Positions 21,004-33,431 of a stretch of DNA of 64,000 bases are shown one piece after another (position 1 is the stretch's first letter; each line of letters opens with the position of its first letter). Both the position numbers and the translations under genes were made by a program. The stretch is taken from the sequence record PP355768.1, one strand, 5' to 3'. The notes below the pieces were generated by a model. It had not been told where the DNA came from. It saw only the letters and a program-made list of their open reading frames with translations, and did not search any database.

Positions 21004-21273
21004 TCAATCTTTGAGAGATTTTAGCTCTTCGAGCATATCGTAGTATTCTTTACTAGCAACCGGAGCTACAGTGCAGTTGTAGCTATTGAATTCATGGTAT
21101 TTCACGAAGCGTTCTAGGTGCCACTTAATCAGATTGTTAATTCGGTGAAGCAGAACCCCATCTGAACCGACGTAGACAACTACTTCAAATTGAAGCCCAT
21201 CCCAAATTCTGGTACGGACGATATCACCTACAGTAAAAGTTTTCATGCGATGTACCAATGTTCGTTTTGCCAA
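21004..21273 (-). CDS. Hypothetical protein
   Basis: ORF track; 55.x cluster. Confidence 0.6.
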   Translation of the reverse strand: MAKRTLVHRMKTFTVGDIVRTRIWDGLQFEVVVYVGSDGVLLHRINNLIKWHLERFVKYHEFNSYNCTVAPVASKEYYDMLEELKSLKD

Positions 21274-21431
21274 GACTCACCCTTGTACCAGCGAGTCATA
21301 TCATATCCATTTTCGTCACAGATGACCTTGTTCTTCATCAAGAAGTATTCATCATCAGTAAAATGCACATGCTTTACTTTACAGCCTTTACTCATAGCTT
21401 CTAGAGCTTCTTGCCAATTTAACCAGTTCAT
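21243..21431 (-). CDS. Hypothetical protein (62 aa)
   Basis: GAGG SD; EALEAMSKGCKV. Confidence 0.65.
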   Translation of the reverse strand: MNWLNWQEALEAMSKGCKVKHVHFTDDEYFLMKNKVICDENGYDMTRWYKGESWQNEHWYIA

Positions 21432-21469
21432 ATTTTCCTCTCGAGTTAAACGGTATGCTGTTATCCGTT

Positions 21470-22781
21470 GATAGAGCTATGAGTCAATCACTGCTCCAAA
21501 ATTTGATGATGGAGCTCGTGAAGTTGAATCAAACGAAAACGAAATCCAGTATAATTCATTCAACCAAATGATGTTTGGTTCCAATGAACCTGGAATGAAA
21601 ACAACTGCTGATTTAATCAACACTTATCGCAGTTTAATGAATAACTACGAAGTTGACAATGCTGTTGAAGAAATAGTTTCTGACGCAGTTGTATACGAAG
21701 ACGGTCACCCAGTAGTTTCTCTTGATTTAGATTCTACCGATTTCAGTCAAGCAATTAAAGACCGCATTCTTGAAGAATTTAATACAGTTTTAACATGCCT
21801 TAATTTCGAGAGAAAGGGCGCTGACCATTTCCGCCGTTGGTATGTTGACTCAAGAATATTCTTCCATAAAATCGTCAACACCAAGAAAATGAAAGACGGA
21901 ATTCAGGAACTGAGACGTCTTGACCCGCGCAACTTACAATTCATTCGCGAAATCGTTACTGCTGATGACGCTGGTACTAAAATCGTTAAGGGGTACAAAG
22001 AGTATTTCATTTACGATACTGGCAAAGAAAGTTATTATGCAGATGGCAGATTATATTCCGCCGGAACGAAAATTAAAATTCCACGCGATGCTATCGTATA
22101 TGCACATTCTGGACTAGTTGATTGTTCAGGTCAAAACATCATCGGTTATTTACACCGAGCCGTTAAACCCGCCAACCAGTTAAAGCTATTAGAAGATGCG
22201 TTGTCTATTGGTTGCAGCGTAGAGATGGTAAAGCGGTTACTGAAGTAGATACTCTTCCTGGTATGTCCGGTATGAGTGATATGGATGACGTCCGTTACTT
22301 TAGAACAGCATTATACATGGCATTGCGAGTTCCTCTTTCGCGCATGCCAGATGCAAATAATCAAGGTGGTGTGCAGTTTGATGCTGGCACAGCAATTACT
22401 CGTGATGAGCTTGATTTTGCCAAATTTATTCGTAGATTACAGCATAAATTCGAAGAGATTATGCTTGATCCACTTCGCACTAATCTAATTCTTAAAAAAG
22501 TTTTGTCTAAAGATGAGTGGGAAGACGAAATAAATAATATTAAGATTGTGTTCCATAAAGACTCATATTTCACCGAGTTGAAAGATGCTGAAGTTATGGA
22601 GCGTAGAATCAATATGCTCACAATGGCTGAACCGTTTATCGGCAAGTATATTTCTCATAAGACAGCAATGAAAGATTTCCTTCAGATGTCTGATGAAGAA
22701 ATTGAACAAGAAGCCAAGCAAATTGAATTAGAGTCTAAAGAGGCTCGCTTCCAAGACCAAGAAAATGAAGAGGATTTCTAA
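21470..22781 (+). pseudogene. 20: Portal gp20 lacking extreme N-terminus, frameshifting deletion near 22203
   Basis: [28 protein letters not shown], then [19 protein letters not shown] in another frame. Confidence 0.92.
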
Positions 22782-23045
22782 TGGAAAATTATATTTCCGC
22801 AATTGAATCCAGAGACCTCGTTTATCGTTAAACACGTTGATTCTAAAGGTACTATTACACGTACTAAGGATCGTAAAACACGTGAGCGTAACGCGTTCCA
22901 AACAACTGGACTTTCTAAAGCTAAACGCCGCCAAATCGCGCGTAAAGCAGTAAAATCAAAACGTGCTAATCCATCGGCTCAAACTCGTGGATTACGTAAA
23001 CGTAAGAAAGCACTTAAACGCCGTCAGGCTCTGGGGCTAAGTTAA
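22781..23045 (+). pseudogene. 68: gp67 start joined to gp68 C-terminal half
   Basis: [14 protein letters not shown], then [27 protein letters not shown]. Confidence 0.8.
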
Positions 23046-23275
23046 TGGAAAACCTCAATGAACAACTTTTAATTGAGCATTGGGGTCAACCGGGCGATGT
23101 AATTGATGGTAAACCAATGCTAGAATCTATTATCGTTGAAGGCGAAAATGAATCTGGCTTAAAACCTGGTCTGTATATTGAAGGTGTTTTTATGCAGGCA
23201 GAAGTAGTAAACCGTAATAAACGTCTTTATCCAAAGGAAAAGGATATAACATCGTACAGAGAAGTTAAAAGCGTT
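23045..23275 (+). pseudogene. 21: Prohead protease gp21 N-terminus; catalytic core deleted near 23235
   Basis: LLIEHWG, LYIEGVFMQAEVVNRNKRLYPK. Confidence 0.85.
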
Positions 23276-23282
23276 ATAAATA
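23275..23282 (+). promoter_or_regulatory. Late promoter for gene 22
   Basis: TATAAATA. Confidence 0.8.
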
Positions 23283-23311
23283 ATTATGTAACTTAACACA
23301 GGACATCAAAA

Positions 23312-23847
23312 ATGCTTAAAGAACTTTTAATGACCGAAGCTAAAACTATCGATGCTTCCGTCGCTCTTGACAGTATTTTCGAATCAGTTCAGCTTTCTCC
23401 GGAAGCTAAAGCTAACTTCAGCACTGTATTCGAAGCAACAGTCAAAAAACACGCCGTAGCTCTGGCAGAATCTCACATTGAAAAGATTGCTGAGAAAGCA
23501 GAAGAAAAAGTTGAAGAAGAAAAAGAAAAAGCTAAAGAAGAAGCTCGCGAAGAGCTGAAAGAAGCTGCTTCTAAATACTTTGACCATATCGCTGCAGAAT
23601 GGATGGCAGAAAACCAGCTGGCGGATGACCGCGGTATTCTGACTCGTTTTCAACTAAGCTGAAAGCTATTGTTGAAATGGTGCAGGGTTCTGTAGAGCAG
23701 TCTGTAACGGAATCTGCCGATATAAATACTATCGACAAAGAAGCAGACGGTTTAAACTTCACAACTGAAGCAGTCGAAGAAACTCCTGCGACTAAAACCC
23801 CATCCGTTATGGATGCTTATGTGGCCCAAGCGGCTCGTCTTTCTTAA
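23312..23847 (+). pseudogene. 22: Scaffold gp22, middle deleted near 23622
   Basis: MLKELL...LDSIFESVQLSPEAK; C-terminus MDAYVAQAARLS in another frame. Confidence 0.85.
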
Positions 23848-23867
23848 TTTAAAAGGTTATACAACAC

Positions 23868-24155
23868 ATGAAAAAGAATAAACTTATCGAAAAATGGCAG
23901 CCGCTGCTTGAGAACGAAGCTCTGCCGGAAATTGTTGGCGCTAGCAAAAAAGCTCTGATCGCTAAGATTTTTGAAAACCAGGAAGCTGATATTAATCAGG
24001 CTCCGGAATACCGCGATGAAAAAATCGCTGAAGCATTTGGTTCTTTCCTGTCTGAAGCAGAAATTGGCGGTGACCACGGTTATGATGCACAGAACATCGC
24101 AGCTGGTCAGACCTCTGGTGCTGTAACCCAGATTGGACCGGCAGTTATGGGTATG
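23868..24155 (+). pseudogene. 23: Major capsid gp23 N-terminal fragment
   Basis: EKWQPLLE, EAEIGGDHGYDAQNIAAGQTSGAVTQIGPAVMGM. Confidence 0.95.
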
Positions 24156-24365
24156 GACAGGATACCGAATAGCAAGCGATGGATAGCACCCGATGCGTTT
24201 AGCAAGTGACTCAATCAACGGACGGTCATAAACCGGTTGACCGTCAACCTCGTTGATTACGTTATAGAACTCATACGGAAGTTGCAGCTTATCGAGCAAG
24301 TCACGAACTGCTTTACATCCAGGGCATCTCCAAACTTCTTCAGGGATGCCATAGATTTCTATCAT
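24152..24365 (-). pseudogene. nrdH: NrdH glutaredoxin, C-terminus lost
   Basis: IEIYGIPEEVWRCPGC, YDRPLIESLAKR. Confidence 0.85.
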
Positions 24366-24703
24366 AGTTCAGCCTTAATCTCAGAAATCAATCTTTCAAT
24401 TAATTCAAGTTTATCCGCTGTAGTCATAGGATAAATTTTGTCAACAGTGGCTTCTTCGAGATAGCAACGGTCAGCATCATTAAGTATACACCACTGATCA
24501 AAATCATCAGCATCTATGCTAACACCATTGAATGTCTTAACTCGTTCAACAGACCCGTCCTGTGTCAGAGCTGTTACCAAAAATGGCTTAAATTTAAGCA
24601 TGTTGTAGAATTCAACATCCTTTGACGATGCGTTATTTAGCCATTTATCAACAGAGTCTTCTTTAAACTTGTACCACTTATCACAACAAAATAATTCTAT
24701 CAT
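24362..24703 (-). CDS. Hypothetical protein (113 aa)
   Basis: Overlapping operon. Confidence 0.65.
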   Translation of the reverse strand: MIELFCCDKWYKFKEDSVDKWLNNASSKDVEFYNMLKFKPFLVTALTQDGSVERVKTFNGVSIDADDFDQWCILNDADRCYLEEATVDKIYPMTTADKLELIERLISEIKAEL

Positions 24704-24912
24704 TTCATGACCTGTTGGAGTTTAGCAGTCAGAGTATTAACTCGTTTCTGAAATTCTTCATTAGACAGTTTTTCATCTTTCTTAGTAGGATTAATCCAGT
24801 CAGAAATAATGATGAGAACAATAAATGGAATAGCTACGAAAGCACCTGCGGTTAATGCAACCAGTGCAATAACATTAGAAATAAATTTACGAATAGCATT
24901 AATGAATTTCAT
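24700..24912 (-). CDS. 55.8: 55.8-like single-pass membrane protein
   Basis: 70 aa, hydrophobic AIPFIVLIII, LSNEEFQKRV; position upstream of nrdH. Confidence 0.65.
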   Translation of the reverse strand: MKFINAIRKFISNVIALVALTAGAFVAIPFIVLIIISDWINPTKKDEKLSNEEFQKRVNTLTAKLQQVMK

Positions 24913-24920
24913 AATTTTCC

Positions 24921-25019
24921 TTAAATAGTTAAGATGAATGCTGTCATAGCCAGAAATTCTGGTCCAAACAGTTCAGTAGCCATGTGGTTCAGAGTAAACA
25001 TAATTTTGTAAGTCAGCAT
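24921..25019 (-). CDS. 32-aa hydrophobic peptide (MLTYKIMFTLNHMATELFGPEFLAMTAFILTI)
   Basis: GAGG SD; fills the nrdG-55.8 gap. Confidence 0.5.
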   Translation of the reverse strand: MLTYKIMFTLNHMATELFGPEFLAMTAFILTI

Positions 25020-25029
25020 ATAAATTTCC

Positions 25030-25105
25030 TCAATCATGTGTCCAGGTAGAACCATTTCTTACCCAGAGTCTTTGGTTGTCAGAACCACGCCAGTTTTTAG
25101 TGGTT
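25030..25105 (-). pseudogene. nrdG: NrdG activase, C-terminal remnant
   Basis: WRGSDNQRLW. Confidence 0.7.
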
Positions 25106-26381
25106 GGCAGAGATAGCCACAAATTGAACACGTGAATCCGTTTTCAGTAGGTGTCATCTCATGAGTAGAACCACAAGAAAGACATTTATCTACTGGCATA
25201 TTAACACCAAAATAATCCAACTTCTCGATAGCATAGTCCCATACCGCTTCAAGACCTTCAAGGTTGCGCTTCATGTCAGGAAGTTCAACATAAGAAATAT
25301 GACCACCTTTAGCAATAGAATGATATGGTGCTTCGCGGTCAATCTTTTCAAAAGGCGACAGGTTTTCTTCTACTGACACATGGAAACTATTAGTGTACCA
25401 ACCTTTATCAGTTACGCCCTTTACATCTCCAAATTTGGCTTGGTCAATCTTACAGAAACGATAGCACAGACTTTCAGCCGGAGTTGAGTACAGACTAAAG
25501 GCATAGCCGGTTTCTTCCGTCCACTTGTTTAGCTTAGTGTTGATGTACTTCAGGACGAGTTTACCGCTTCCTTTAAAAGTAAGCATATCAAATTCGTGGA
25601 TGCCAATATATCCTAATGAAATTGAACTACGTCCATTTTTGAATAGCTCAAGAATTTCATCATCAGGTTTCATACGCACACCAAAAGCACCTTCCTGGTA
25701 AAGAATAGGAGCAACTGACGCAGTAACACCTTCAAGTGATTTAATTCTAGTTAAAAGAGTTTCTTCCCATGACGTTCCCATACCAAATGTGATAGTCACA
25801 AATGGAGTTTGGCCATTTGAACTAAACAAAGTATTCACTTCATATTCATACGCCTGGAAAGCATCAAATACGTCTTTTTCGGTTTTTGAAATAGCATAAT
25901 CTTTTACTAATGCTACCTGATATTTGCGAGCATCACGTACATGTTTAGCGAATGTCTTCTCTACATAAGGAGCCAGAACTAAATCGACATTGGCAAAGGT
26001 AGTTCCACCATATTGGTGAGATGCTACTTGTGCAGTGATTTGCGCCATGATAGCAGTAGCTACTCCAATACTCTTAGGAGTTTCAATTTGAGCGTTACCA
26101 AGTTTAAAGCCATTCTGCAACATACCTTTCAAATCTACCAAACAACAGTTGGTGAAAGGTAAAGCTGGACTGTAGTCCATATCATGAAAATGGATAACAC
26201 CTTCTTTGTGCGCTTCCATTACAGAGAAAGGAATGACCTGATTGGCGATATGTTTAGATACGATACCAGCCATCAGGTCACGTTGGGTAGGAAAAACACG
26301 AGAATCTTTGTTAGCGTTCTCGTTTAAGAGGTCCTTGTTGGTTTTATTAATAAGTCCCTGGATTTCTAATTCGATATTCAT
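25105..26381 (-). pseudogene. nrdD: Anaerobic ribonucleotide reductase NrdD with internal deletion (near 25765) and no glycyl-radical C-terminus
   Basis: NANKDSRVFPTQRDLMAG, NCCLVDL, YSTPAESLC, CLSCG...CSICG; no terminal RVCGY. Confidence 0.9.
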
Positions 26382-26712
26382 TTTAAACTCTTACGAAGCT
26401 GCTTCTTGTATTTTGAAGCAAGTTGTGATTTTCCATCACTTTCCTCGTATGTAAACCCATGCAATTCCATTTCAGCAATCATCTCAGGCTTACCAAGACG
26501 TGAAAAGCGTTTAGCCATATCGGCAACATATTGCGGGTGAATATTACTGTCTTTACGATTCTGGCGGAGATAGACCAGCAAATTCTCTAACCATTCGAGG
26601 TAGTCAATATCTTGACCTTTTAAACCAGAGCGGTTGAACTTATGCTTCATTTGGCCTTCTGCCGCATTACACAGGTTACAGAGCAAGCCTCTGACCTTTC
26701 CTGCATTGTCAC
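26378..26712 (-). pseudogene. 49: Endonuclease VII gp49, C-terminal two thirds
   Basis: KVRGLLCNLCNAAEGQMKHKFNRSGLK. Confidence 0.9.
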
Positions 26713-26713
26713 C

Positions 26714-27111
26714 TTCTAATATGTCATTATAACTTGAAGAATCAATGCATCCTGGATGTTTTCTGTTAACTTAGCCCATTTACCATACCGACGACCTCTA
26801 GGAACAGAGGCCATCATATAGTTATAGTGTGCTTGGTCAGATAGTCCTTGACCAACAAGGTTCATAACATAAACCGCAGGCATACAGTCGGCATGCTGAG
26901 AAAGAGCGTTTTCAACCATGAATTTTGAATAATCCATAGTCGAGATGTTCAAATGCTCTTTCTTTTCATTAATAGAACCGATAATCTCGAAGAATTGATT
27001 TTCTGCCTTTTCTTTATATGAATCAGATAATTCCTGGACTTTCGTCCAGTCTTTACCTAACCACGCTATTTGGTGCTCATTATACTGATCATCATCTTCA
27101 AATAAACTCAT
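26714..27111 (-). pseudogene. 62: Clamp loader small subunit gp62, C-terminus lost
   Basis: YSKFMVENALSQH, VPRGRRYGKWAKL. Confidence 0.9.
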
Positions 27112-27950
27112 CATTTCCACTGCATCTCTACAACAAGTTGAATAAGCATATAAACCAAATGTAATTCAATCGAAGCTGCTATGCCATGATACTGGTTATT
27201 TTCACCGATGATTTCATACATTCGGATAATGCTTGGGCCAGTAACCATTGTATACAGCTCAGAAGAAAGTTTATCTACAAACCAAGTATAGTCTGCTGCA
27301 TATTTCGGAGCAAGAGCACGGAGTTCTTTGATGTTCTTAGTTTTAATAGCTTCGATGACATCTTCAATTGAACCACGGTCATTCAGAACGATAGACAAGA
27401 TACCTGCATCAATCACACCCTTAGAAGAATAATGATCAAGCATGTTAATGGTCTTACGGAATTCTGGAAAATTCTTTTTGACCAAAGCAGCTACAACTTT
27501 CTTATCTTCAACTACCACGCCTTCATTTTCACAAATTGCGAGACAACGCTTGAGCATCTCGATTTGCATTGGTTTAACATCAGATGGAGATGGTTTACCA
27601 AAATTAATTACACGGCAACGAGACTGAAGAGGTTTAATGATACCGTCAAGATTGTTTGCAGTAATGATAATAGTACAGTTTGTGCTATACGCTTCCATGA
27701 ATGAACGCAGATGTCGTTGAGATTCTGCAAGACCTGCACGGTCAAATTCGTCAATCACGATAATTTTCTGCTTGCCTGCAATAGAAGCAGAACTTGCAAA
27801 TGCAGTTAACGGTCCACGAACGAAATCAATCTTACAGTCAGAACCATTCACGAACATCATTTCAGCATTAATGTCATTACACAATGCTTTAGCTACTGTG
27901 GTCTTACCAGTACCAGGAGAAGTGCTATGGAGAATTAAATGAGGAATTTT
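27111..27950 (-). pseudogene. 44: Clamp loader ATPase gp44 lacking its N-terminus (in frame with gp45 piece)
   Basis: KIPHLILHSTSPGTGKTT, IDEFDR, LQSRC, EMQWK. Confidence 0.92.
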
Positions 27951-28415
27951 TACTTTGTTATATCCACGCAGAACAATTTTACCATCAACATTAGTGATAG
28001 CAATTGTGTCAATCTGCATACCACGAGATACTCGCATCAGCTGTTGCAGGTCTTCACCTTTAAAATCGATAATTACATTTGCTACCGGGAATGGGATCGG
28101 TTTAGTCGGGAACACGATTGTGCTCGGATCAGCTGCTGGCCAGAAAATAGTGGAACGAGCATCTTTAATTGCCAGGTTACCATCTTCCTGCATGATAATA
28201 TCTGCATCATCACCAACCAGAGACAGAATGCTCAGGAAACTGTTCAGGTCATAAATTGCTACATCAGTATCGATGGTATCAGAAATTGTTGCTTCAGCAT
28301 AAGTCGTACCATTAACAGCACGAGTCATGATAAAATTACCAGGTTTCAGCATGATACCAGAGTTGATGGTGGAGAAGTTTTTCAGAATGTTCAGAGTTTC
28401 TTTAGAGAATTTCAT
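27951..28415 (-). pseudogene. 45: Sliding clamp gp45, N-terminal two thirds
   Basis: MKFSKETLNILKNFSTINSGIMLK, WPAADPSTIV. Confidence 0.92.
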
Positions 28416-28450
28416 TTCAATACCTTTTAATTAAGTTCAGGATAATTATA

Positions 28451-28828
28451 TCAAGCTGCGAATGTAGCAGTTAATTCTTCTGCAACAATCTGACCTGCCG
28501 CAACGAGTTGCTCATCAGCATCTACACAGTAATCATTTTCTAGACGTTCGCCACCGTGACGATCAGTAACAATTTTAGCACCAGCCTTGATTGATTCATT
28601 GTAATGCTTACGCATCAGTTCAATCCATTTTTCTGCGACTTCATCATCGATAGATTTATAGAAAGCAAAGCGAGCTTCGGAATCTTTAATCTTATCTTTG
28701 ATAGCCTGTTTAGTTTCTTCGGTCAGAGCCAGAACCCAAGACTTACGAATACGATTTTGGTTATTCGGGTTGGAATCTGCACGTACGTTTTTAACCTGGA
28801 TATCTTTCACATCAACAAAATTAATCAT
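28451..28828 (-). CDS. rpbA: RNA polymerase-binding protein RpbA
   Basis: VDVKDIQ, KWIELMRKH, GERLENDYC. Confidence 0.9.
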   Translation of the reverse strand: MINFVDVKDIQVKNVRADSNPNNQNRIRKSWVLALTEETKQAIKDKIKDSEARFAFYKSIDDEVAEKWIELMRKHYNESIKAGAKIVTDRHGGERLENDYCVDADEQLVAAGQIVAEELTATFAA

Positions 28829-28838
28829 TATATTTACC

Positions 28839-29033
28839 TTAATCGTAATAATCTTCAACCATCCAACCGGGATTCCTGTTGGACATGACTCTATTATATT
28901 CATTTCCTGTAAAAGCGTTTCGTAACATTTCTTCAGTTACGAGATGTTGCTCATCAGAAAACAAATTAATTAACACATATCGCTTTACTTCAGGAAAGGC
29001 CAGCAGATGCTGGCCAGTTGTAAACTCATTCAT
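28839..29033 (-). CDS. 45.2: 45.2 conserved protein
   Basis: FTTG...AFPE...NLFSDE...YNRVM; position between 46 and rpbA. Confidence 0.75.
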   Translation of the reverse strand: MNEFTTGQHLLAFPEVKRYVLINLFSDEQHLVTEEMLRNAFTGNEYNRVMSNRNPGWMVEDYYD

Positions 29034-30094
29034 TCCATCACCGTGAATCGTCCGACCTTCTTCATTTGAAGGTGTTGGCCATATGCCTGCGGGTCATGGT
29101 CACGGTGAGAAATAATAAACACATTAGCATCTACCATCTTATTAAGAATAGCAGTTATTGCCTTAACACCTTCTGCGTCGGTGGCCGAATCATAAACTTC
29201 ATCAAGGAACAGACAGTTTATTTTAACACCAGAAACTTTTTCAGCAATATCACGCCATGTGAATAGTAATGCTATATCAATTCTGAGCTTTTTCACCTTG
29301 ACTAAACGAGGCATAACTAAATTCTTCTCGTCCACGCGATTTAATCGTTTCAGAGAACTCTTCGTTCAACGTGAACGAATAATCAGCTTCCATAATTTTT
29401 AGGTAGCTGTTAATTTGCTTATTGAACATCGGGATGTACTTCTTGATGATAGCTCCTTTAATACCGGAGTCTTTCAGCATTTCAGTTAAAATACCACGAC
29501 GATATTTTTCCATAACCAAATTAGTTTTGACGAGGATAATTTTATCTAATTCTTCTTGTAGCAGTTCAATCTTGTCTGAGTTATCAATAAACTCCTGGGA
29601 TGCTTTATCAATAGCTGCTTTAATACGACGTGCTTTATCAACTGCAGTTAAAGTCATCTGCTTCAAATTACTCATTTGATTTTTGATGTCTCTTGCACGC
29701 GTACGAATAGTGTTATACTCGCGAGCTAGTTCATCCAGTTCACTCTGGCGCGTCTTTAACTCGCCAAGAATGGTATTACATTCTTCAACATGATGATTAA
29801 TCTTAGTGATTAGAGTGTCATTAGAATGCAAATCCTGTAGGCACGTTGGGCAATGACCACCTTTATCATACAACCCAAGAACCTTTGAGTATGATTCAAT
29901 TTTAGAACGAATCTTAAAGGTTTTACCTTGAACTTCTTGAATTGACTCTGCTGGGTCATCACCAATCACTAATTCAAGCAGTTCGCTTTGAAGAGTTTCT
30001 AATTCTGCTTTATATCCTCGTGCCTCTTTCACTTGCTCATCATACATCGCCTGCAGGCGAGCTACGTTATCACCAGAAAGTTTCTTCTGCTTTT
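29030..30094 (-). pseudogene. 46: Recombination ATPase gp46 (Rad50-like), C-terminal part with +1 frameshift near 29283
   Basis: HCPTCLQ zinc hook, SFSQGEK then RIDIALLFTWRDIA, LFLDEV. Confidence 0.92.
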
Positions 30095-30679
30095 CTTAAC
30101 CATGCAATCTAAAGCAGGAGAGCCGGTTTTAGATTTTACCAATTTCTTCTGCATCGGTGACCATTGCTTAACATTAGGATACTTATGCAATTGAGTAAAG
30201 TCACCATCCGAAGAAACAATCATGACTGGATGACCTTCGAGACTGAACTTTTTGGTTAATACTGCAATACTATCATCAGCTTCAGCTTTATCAATATCAA
30301 TGACATAATAAGGCATATACTGCTTAAATTCATCGATTACAGTACGAAGACCTTCAAAGTAACCTTCCCAGTCCCAATTGGATTCTTCGCGGGCTTTAGC
30401 ACGGTTCTTTTTATAATAATATGCTACATCCCGGCGCCAGTATCCGTTGATTGCATTATCAACACAAATGACAATTTTTGTGTATCCATCTTTCTTCCAC
30501 TTAAAAGCATTAAATTTTAAAGTAGAAAGAATAAGATGACGAACCATAGGAGTGGTTAGTTTGTCACCTTCTTTATACGTATGAAGAATTGTCGCCATTG
30601 CTATTTGCGACAAGTCAATCAGAATGACACCTTCTTTTACTTGGTCTTCTTCGGCGAATAAGCAATTTAAATCAGACAT
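30095..30679 (-). pseudogene. rnh: RNase H / 5'-3' exonuclease, C-terminus lost
   Basis: LIDLSQIA, YWRR...YYKKNR, EADDSIA, SSDGDFTQLHKY. Confidence 0.92.
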
Positions 30680-30711
30680 TTGAACCTCGTTCAATTAGTT
30701 AGTACAGCCAT

Positions 30712-30719
30712 TATAAATA
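30712..30719 (+). promoter_or_regulatory. Late promoter for gene 34
   Basis: TATAAATA. Confidence 0.85.
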
Positions 30720-30754
30720 CTTCTATAATGAAGCATAACCCCATAGGAGACTCT

Positions 30755-33423
30755 ATGAGCGATTTACTGAAACAACATTTCCGTGCAACGAACGGCTTGG
30801 ACGCAGGCGGAAATAAAGTTATAAATGTGGCACTAGCTGACCGCAACGTTAAAACCGACGGCGTCTCCGTCGAGTACGTTATTCAAGAAAACACTATCCA
30901 AAAATATGACCCGACGCGTGGGTATCTCACTGATTTTGCTGTGACTTATGGACGTCGTATCTGGATTGCAAATAAAGATATTCCAAAGCCTGCTGGAGAT
31001 TTTAACCAGGCGAATTGGACTTCTTTACGTGTTGACCCGAACTGGATTTATACCGTCCGTAAAGGAGAGTTTGAAATTCAATCTGGTCAGTTCATCAACG
31101 TTGACTCTAACGCTGCCGGTAATGCTACATTACTGCTTCCGTTAGCACCAGATGAAGGCGATACTATCGTAGTTCGTGATATTGGCGGGCGTCCTGGCTA
31201 TAACGGAATCTTAATTAAAGCACAAGATACTGGTGCGTCTATCGTATTTGGTGAATCGCGTCTGCGTGAGGTAAGACTTACACGTCCGTATTCACAAATT
31301 ATGCTTACGTTTAGTAATGGTGCATGGCGTGCAAGTTTAACCGATTTTGGCGATACTGCCAAGATGGTAGTTCCGAACGGGATTGTTCCGACGCAAGTGC
31401 AGGCAGGTGATAACGTAGTTCGTCGTTATACTTCCAACTCAGAGATTTTTATTACTCTGCCGTTGTTCGCTAATTCAAACGATATCATCAATTTTACTGA
31501 CCTTGATGGTACATCGCCGATTAACCATATGACTGTGCGTACGTTTGACCCAACTATCTCAATTGGGACTCCTGGACAAACAGAAAAGAATTAGCAATTA
31601 CGCCAGAAACATTAAATGGACGTCGTTCTACTGAAACCCAAACTGGTATAGCAAGAATTGCAACTTCCAGTGAAGTTAATCAGTCAACAACTGCTTCTTA
31701 CTTGGATAATGTAATCGTTACTCCTAAAAAGCTTAACGAAAGAGCTGCTACTGAAACTCGTAGAGGTTTAGCTGAAATTGCGTCTAATGCTAAAATGGAC
31801 GCAGGAACAGATGATTTTACGATTGTTACTCCTAAGAAGTTACTTTATCGTACTACATCAGATTCACGATTAGGTGTTATTCAATTAGTAAAAACTGGTG
31901 GTGCTCCTAACACAACTAACGATCGTTCTTCTGCTGGCACCGGTATATTCGATCATTCTGATTACAAAAATGCAGTTACTCCAAAAACTCTTCGCGAGTA
32001 TAAAGCTACTGTAAACCAATCAGGAATAGTTTGGTTAGCAACTGATAGCGAAGTTAGAAACGGAACTCCGGCTTCTTCAAATATTCCTACAGTCGTTACA
32101 CCAGAAGCTTTGCATAAAAAAGTTGCTACTGACGGAGCAATTGGATTAATCCAAATAGCTACGCAGACGGAAGTTAATGCTGGCGGCGTGACTAATAAAG
32201 CAGTTACACCTAAAACGTTAAATGACCGTACAGCAACTAACGATCGTACTGGTATTGCTCGCTTCGCGACACCTGGTGCCCAGGGTGAATTTGAAGCTGG
32301 TACTTCAAGTATAGTAATGGTAAACCCTAAATTACTGTTCGATAAATTTGCTAATACCGATCGTATCCAAGTTAATACTAGTTCTGGCTTAACTATTACT
32401 GGGAACCTCTGGGACCATTATACCATCAACATACAGGAAGCAAGTACTTCTCAAAGAGGTACAACCACTCTTGCCACTGCTGCTGAGGTTAGAACTGGAA
32501 CCGACGCCAAGAAAATAGTTACTGCTGCCACGTTGCACGCGAAAACAGCAACTGAAGGAGCTATCGGTCTTGCTCAGTATGCTACACAGGCACAAGTTGA
32601 TGCAGGTACACTAAATAATAGAATTGTTCCTCCTGCTTACTTGAAACAAACTATTCAGGTAACAGAGTCATGGCAAGCTACAGACAGCGTTAGAGGGACC
32701 GTCAGGCTATCCACAGGCGATGGAACGTGGAAAGGTAATGATACCAATGGCTCAACTCTTCCGGATAACGGGTATGCCTCTAAGGGCGTCGCAGTGTCTC
32801 CGTATGAATTGAACCTTACGTTGAAACATTACTTACCTCGTCTCGGTAAAGCCTATGACACAGGAATGTTAGGTGGTCAAACACCAGACAAATATGCTCG
32901 TCGCGATATAGCGCAGACTATTTCTGGAGCTTGGTCATTTAGTCAGGACACTTCATTTAGCAATAATATTTCTGTCAAGAATATTATATATGCTAATGGT
33001 GGTGAAGTTAAAATTTCTCCAACTGCTGACACCGGAAACGTGCATGTTCGTTTTCAAAATAGAGATGGAAGCGAGCGTGGTATAATTTATGCTGAGCCTC
33101 AAACAGCTTCAGCCGGAAACTTAAAAGTTCGCGTAAAAAACGGAACTGGAACTACTGCTGCAAGCCAGACCTACACATTTGGCGGAAACGGTACGTTAGA
33201 AGTTCCTAACGAAGTGTCAACTAAAACTCTGAGGTCTTCTGGAAATGCAATAGTTGGCGGAACTGTTATGGTTAAGGACGTTCAGATGCTTGCTGTCGAG
33301 GGATTGAATTCAATATTCGGTGCCCAATCACAGTCCGCATTTATTCGTTCCCGTGACGCTGATACACAAATTTTTGCACAGGATTCAACTGGATCGTATC
33401 CAATTTTAACTACCAAAAACTAA
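30755..33423 (+). pseudogene. 34: Long tail fibre proximal subunit gp34, frameshifting deletion near 31580, C-terminus lost
   Basis: KQHFRATNGLDAGGNKVINVA; repeated VTPKKL/ATETRRG/EIAT motifs. Confidence 0.92.
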
Positions 33424-33431
33424 GTAAGGCC

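Noticed and set aside
23844-24365. 173-aa extended glutaredoxin
   Set aside because: NrdH reads through the junction into the antisense strand of gene 23
31600-32700. Repetitive motifs (ACTCCTAAAAA-like) suggesting a repeat array or CRISPR
   Set aside because: Degenerate protein-level VTPKxL fibre repeats of gp34; no constant DNA repeat with unique spacers
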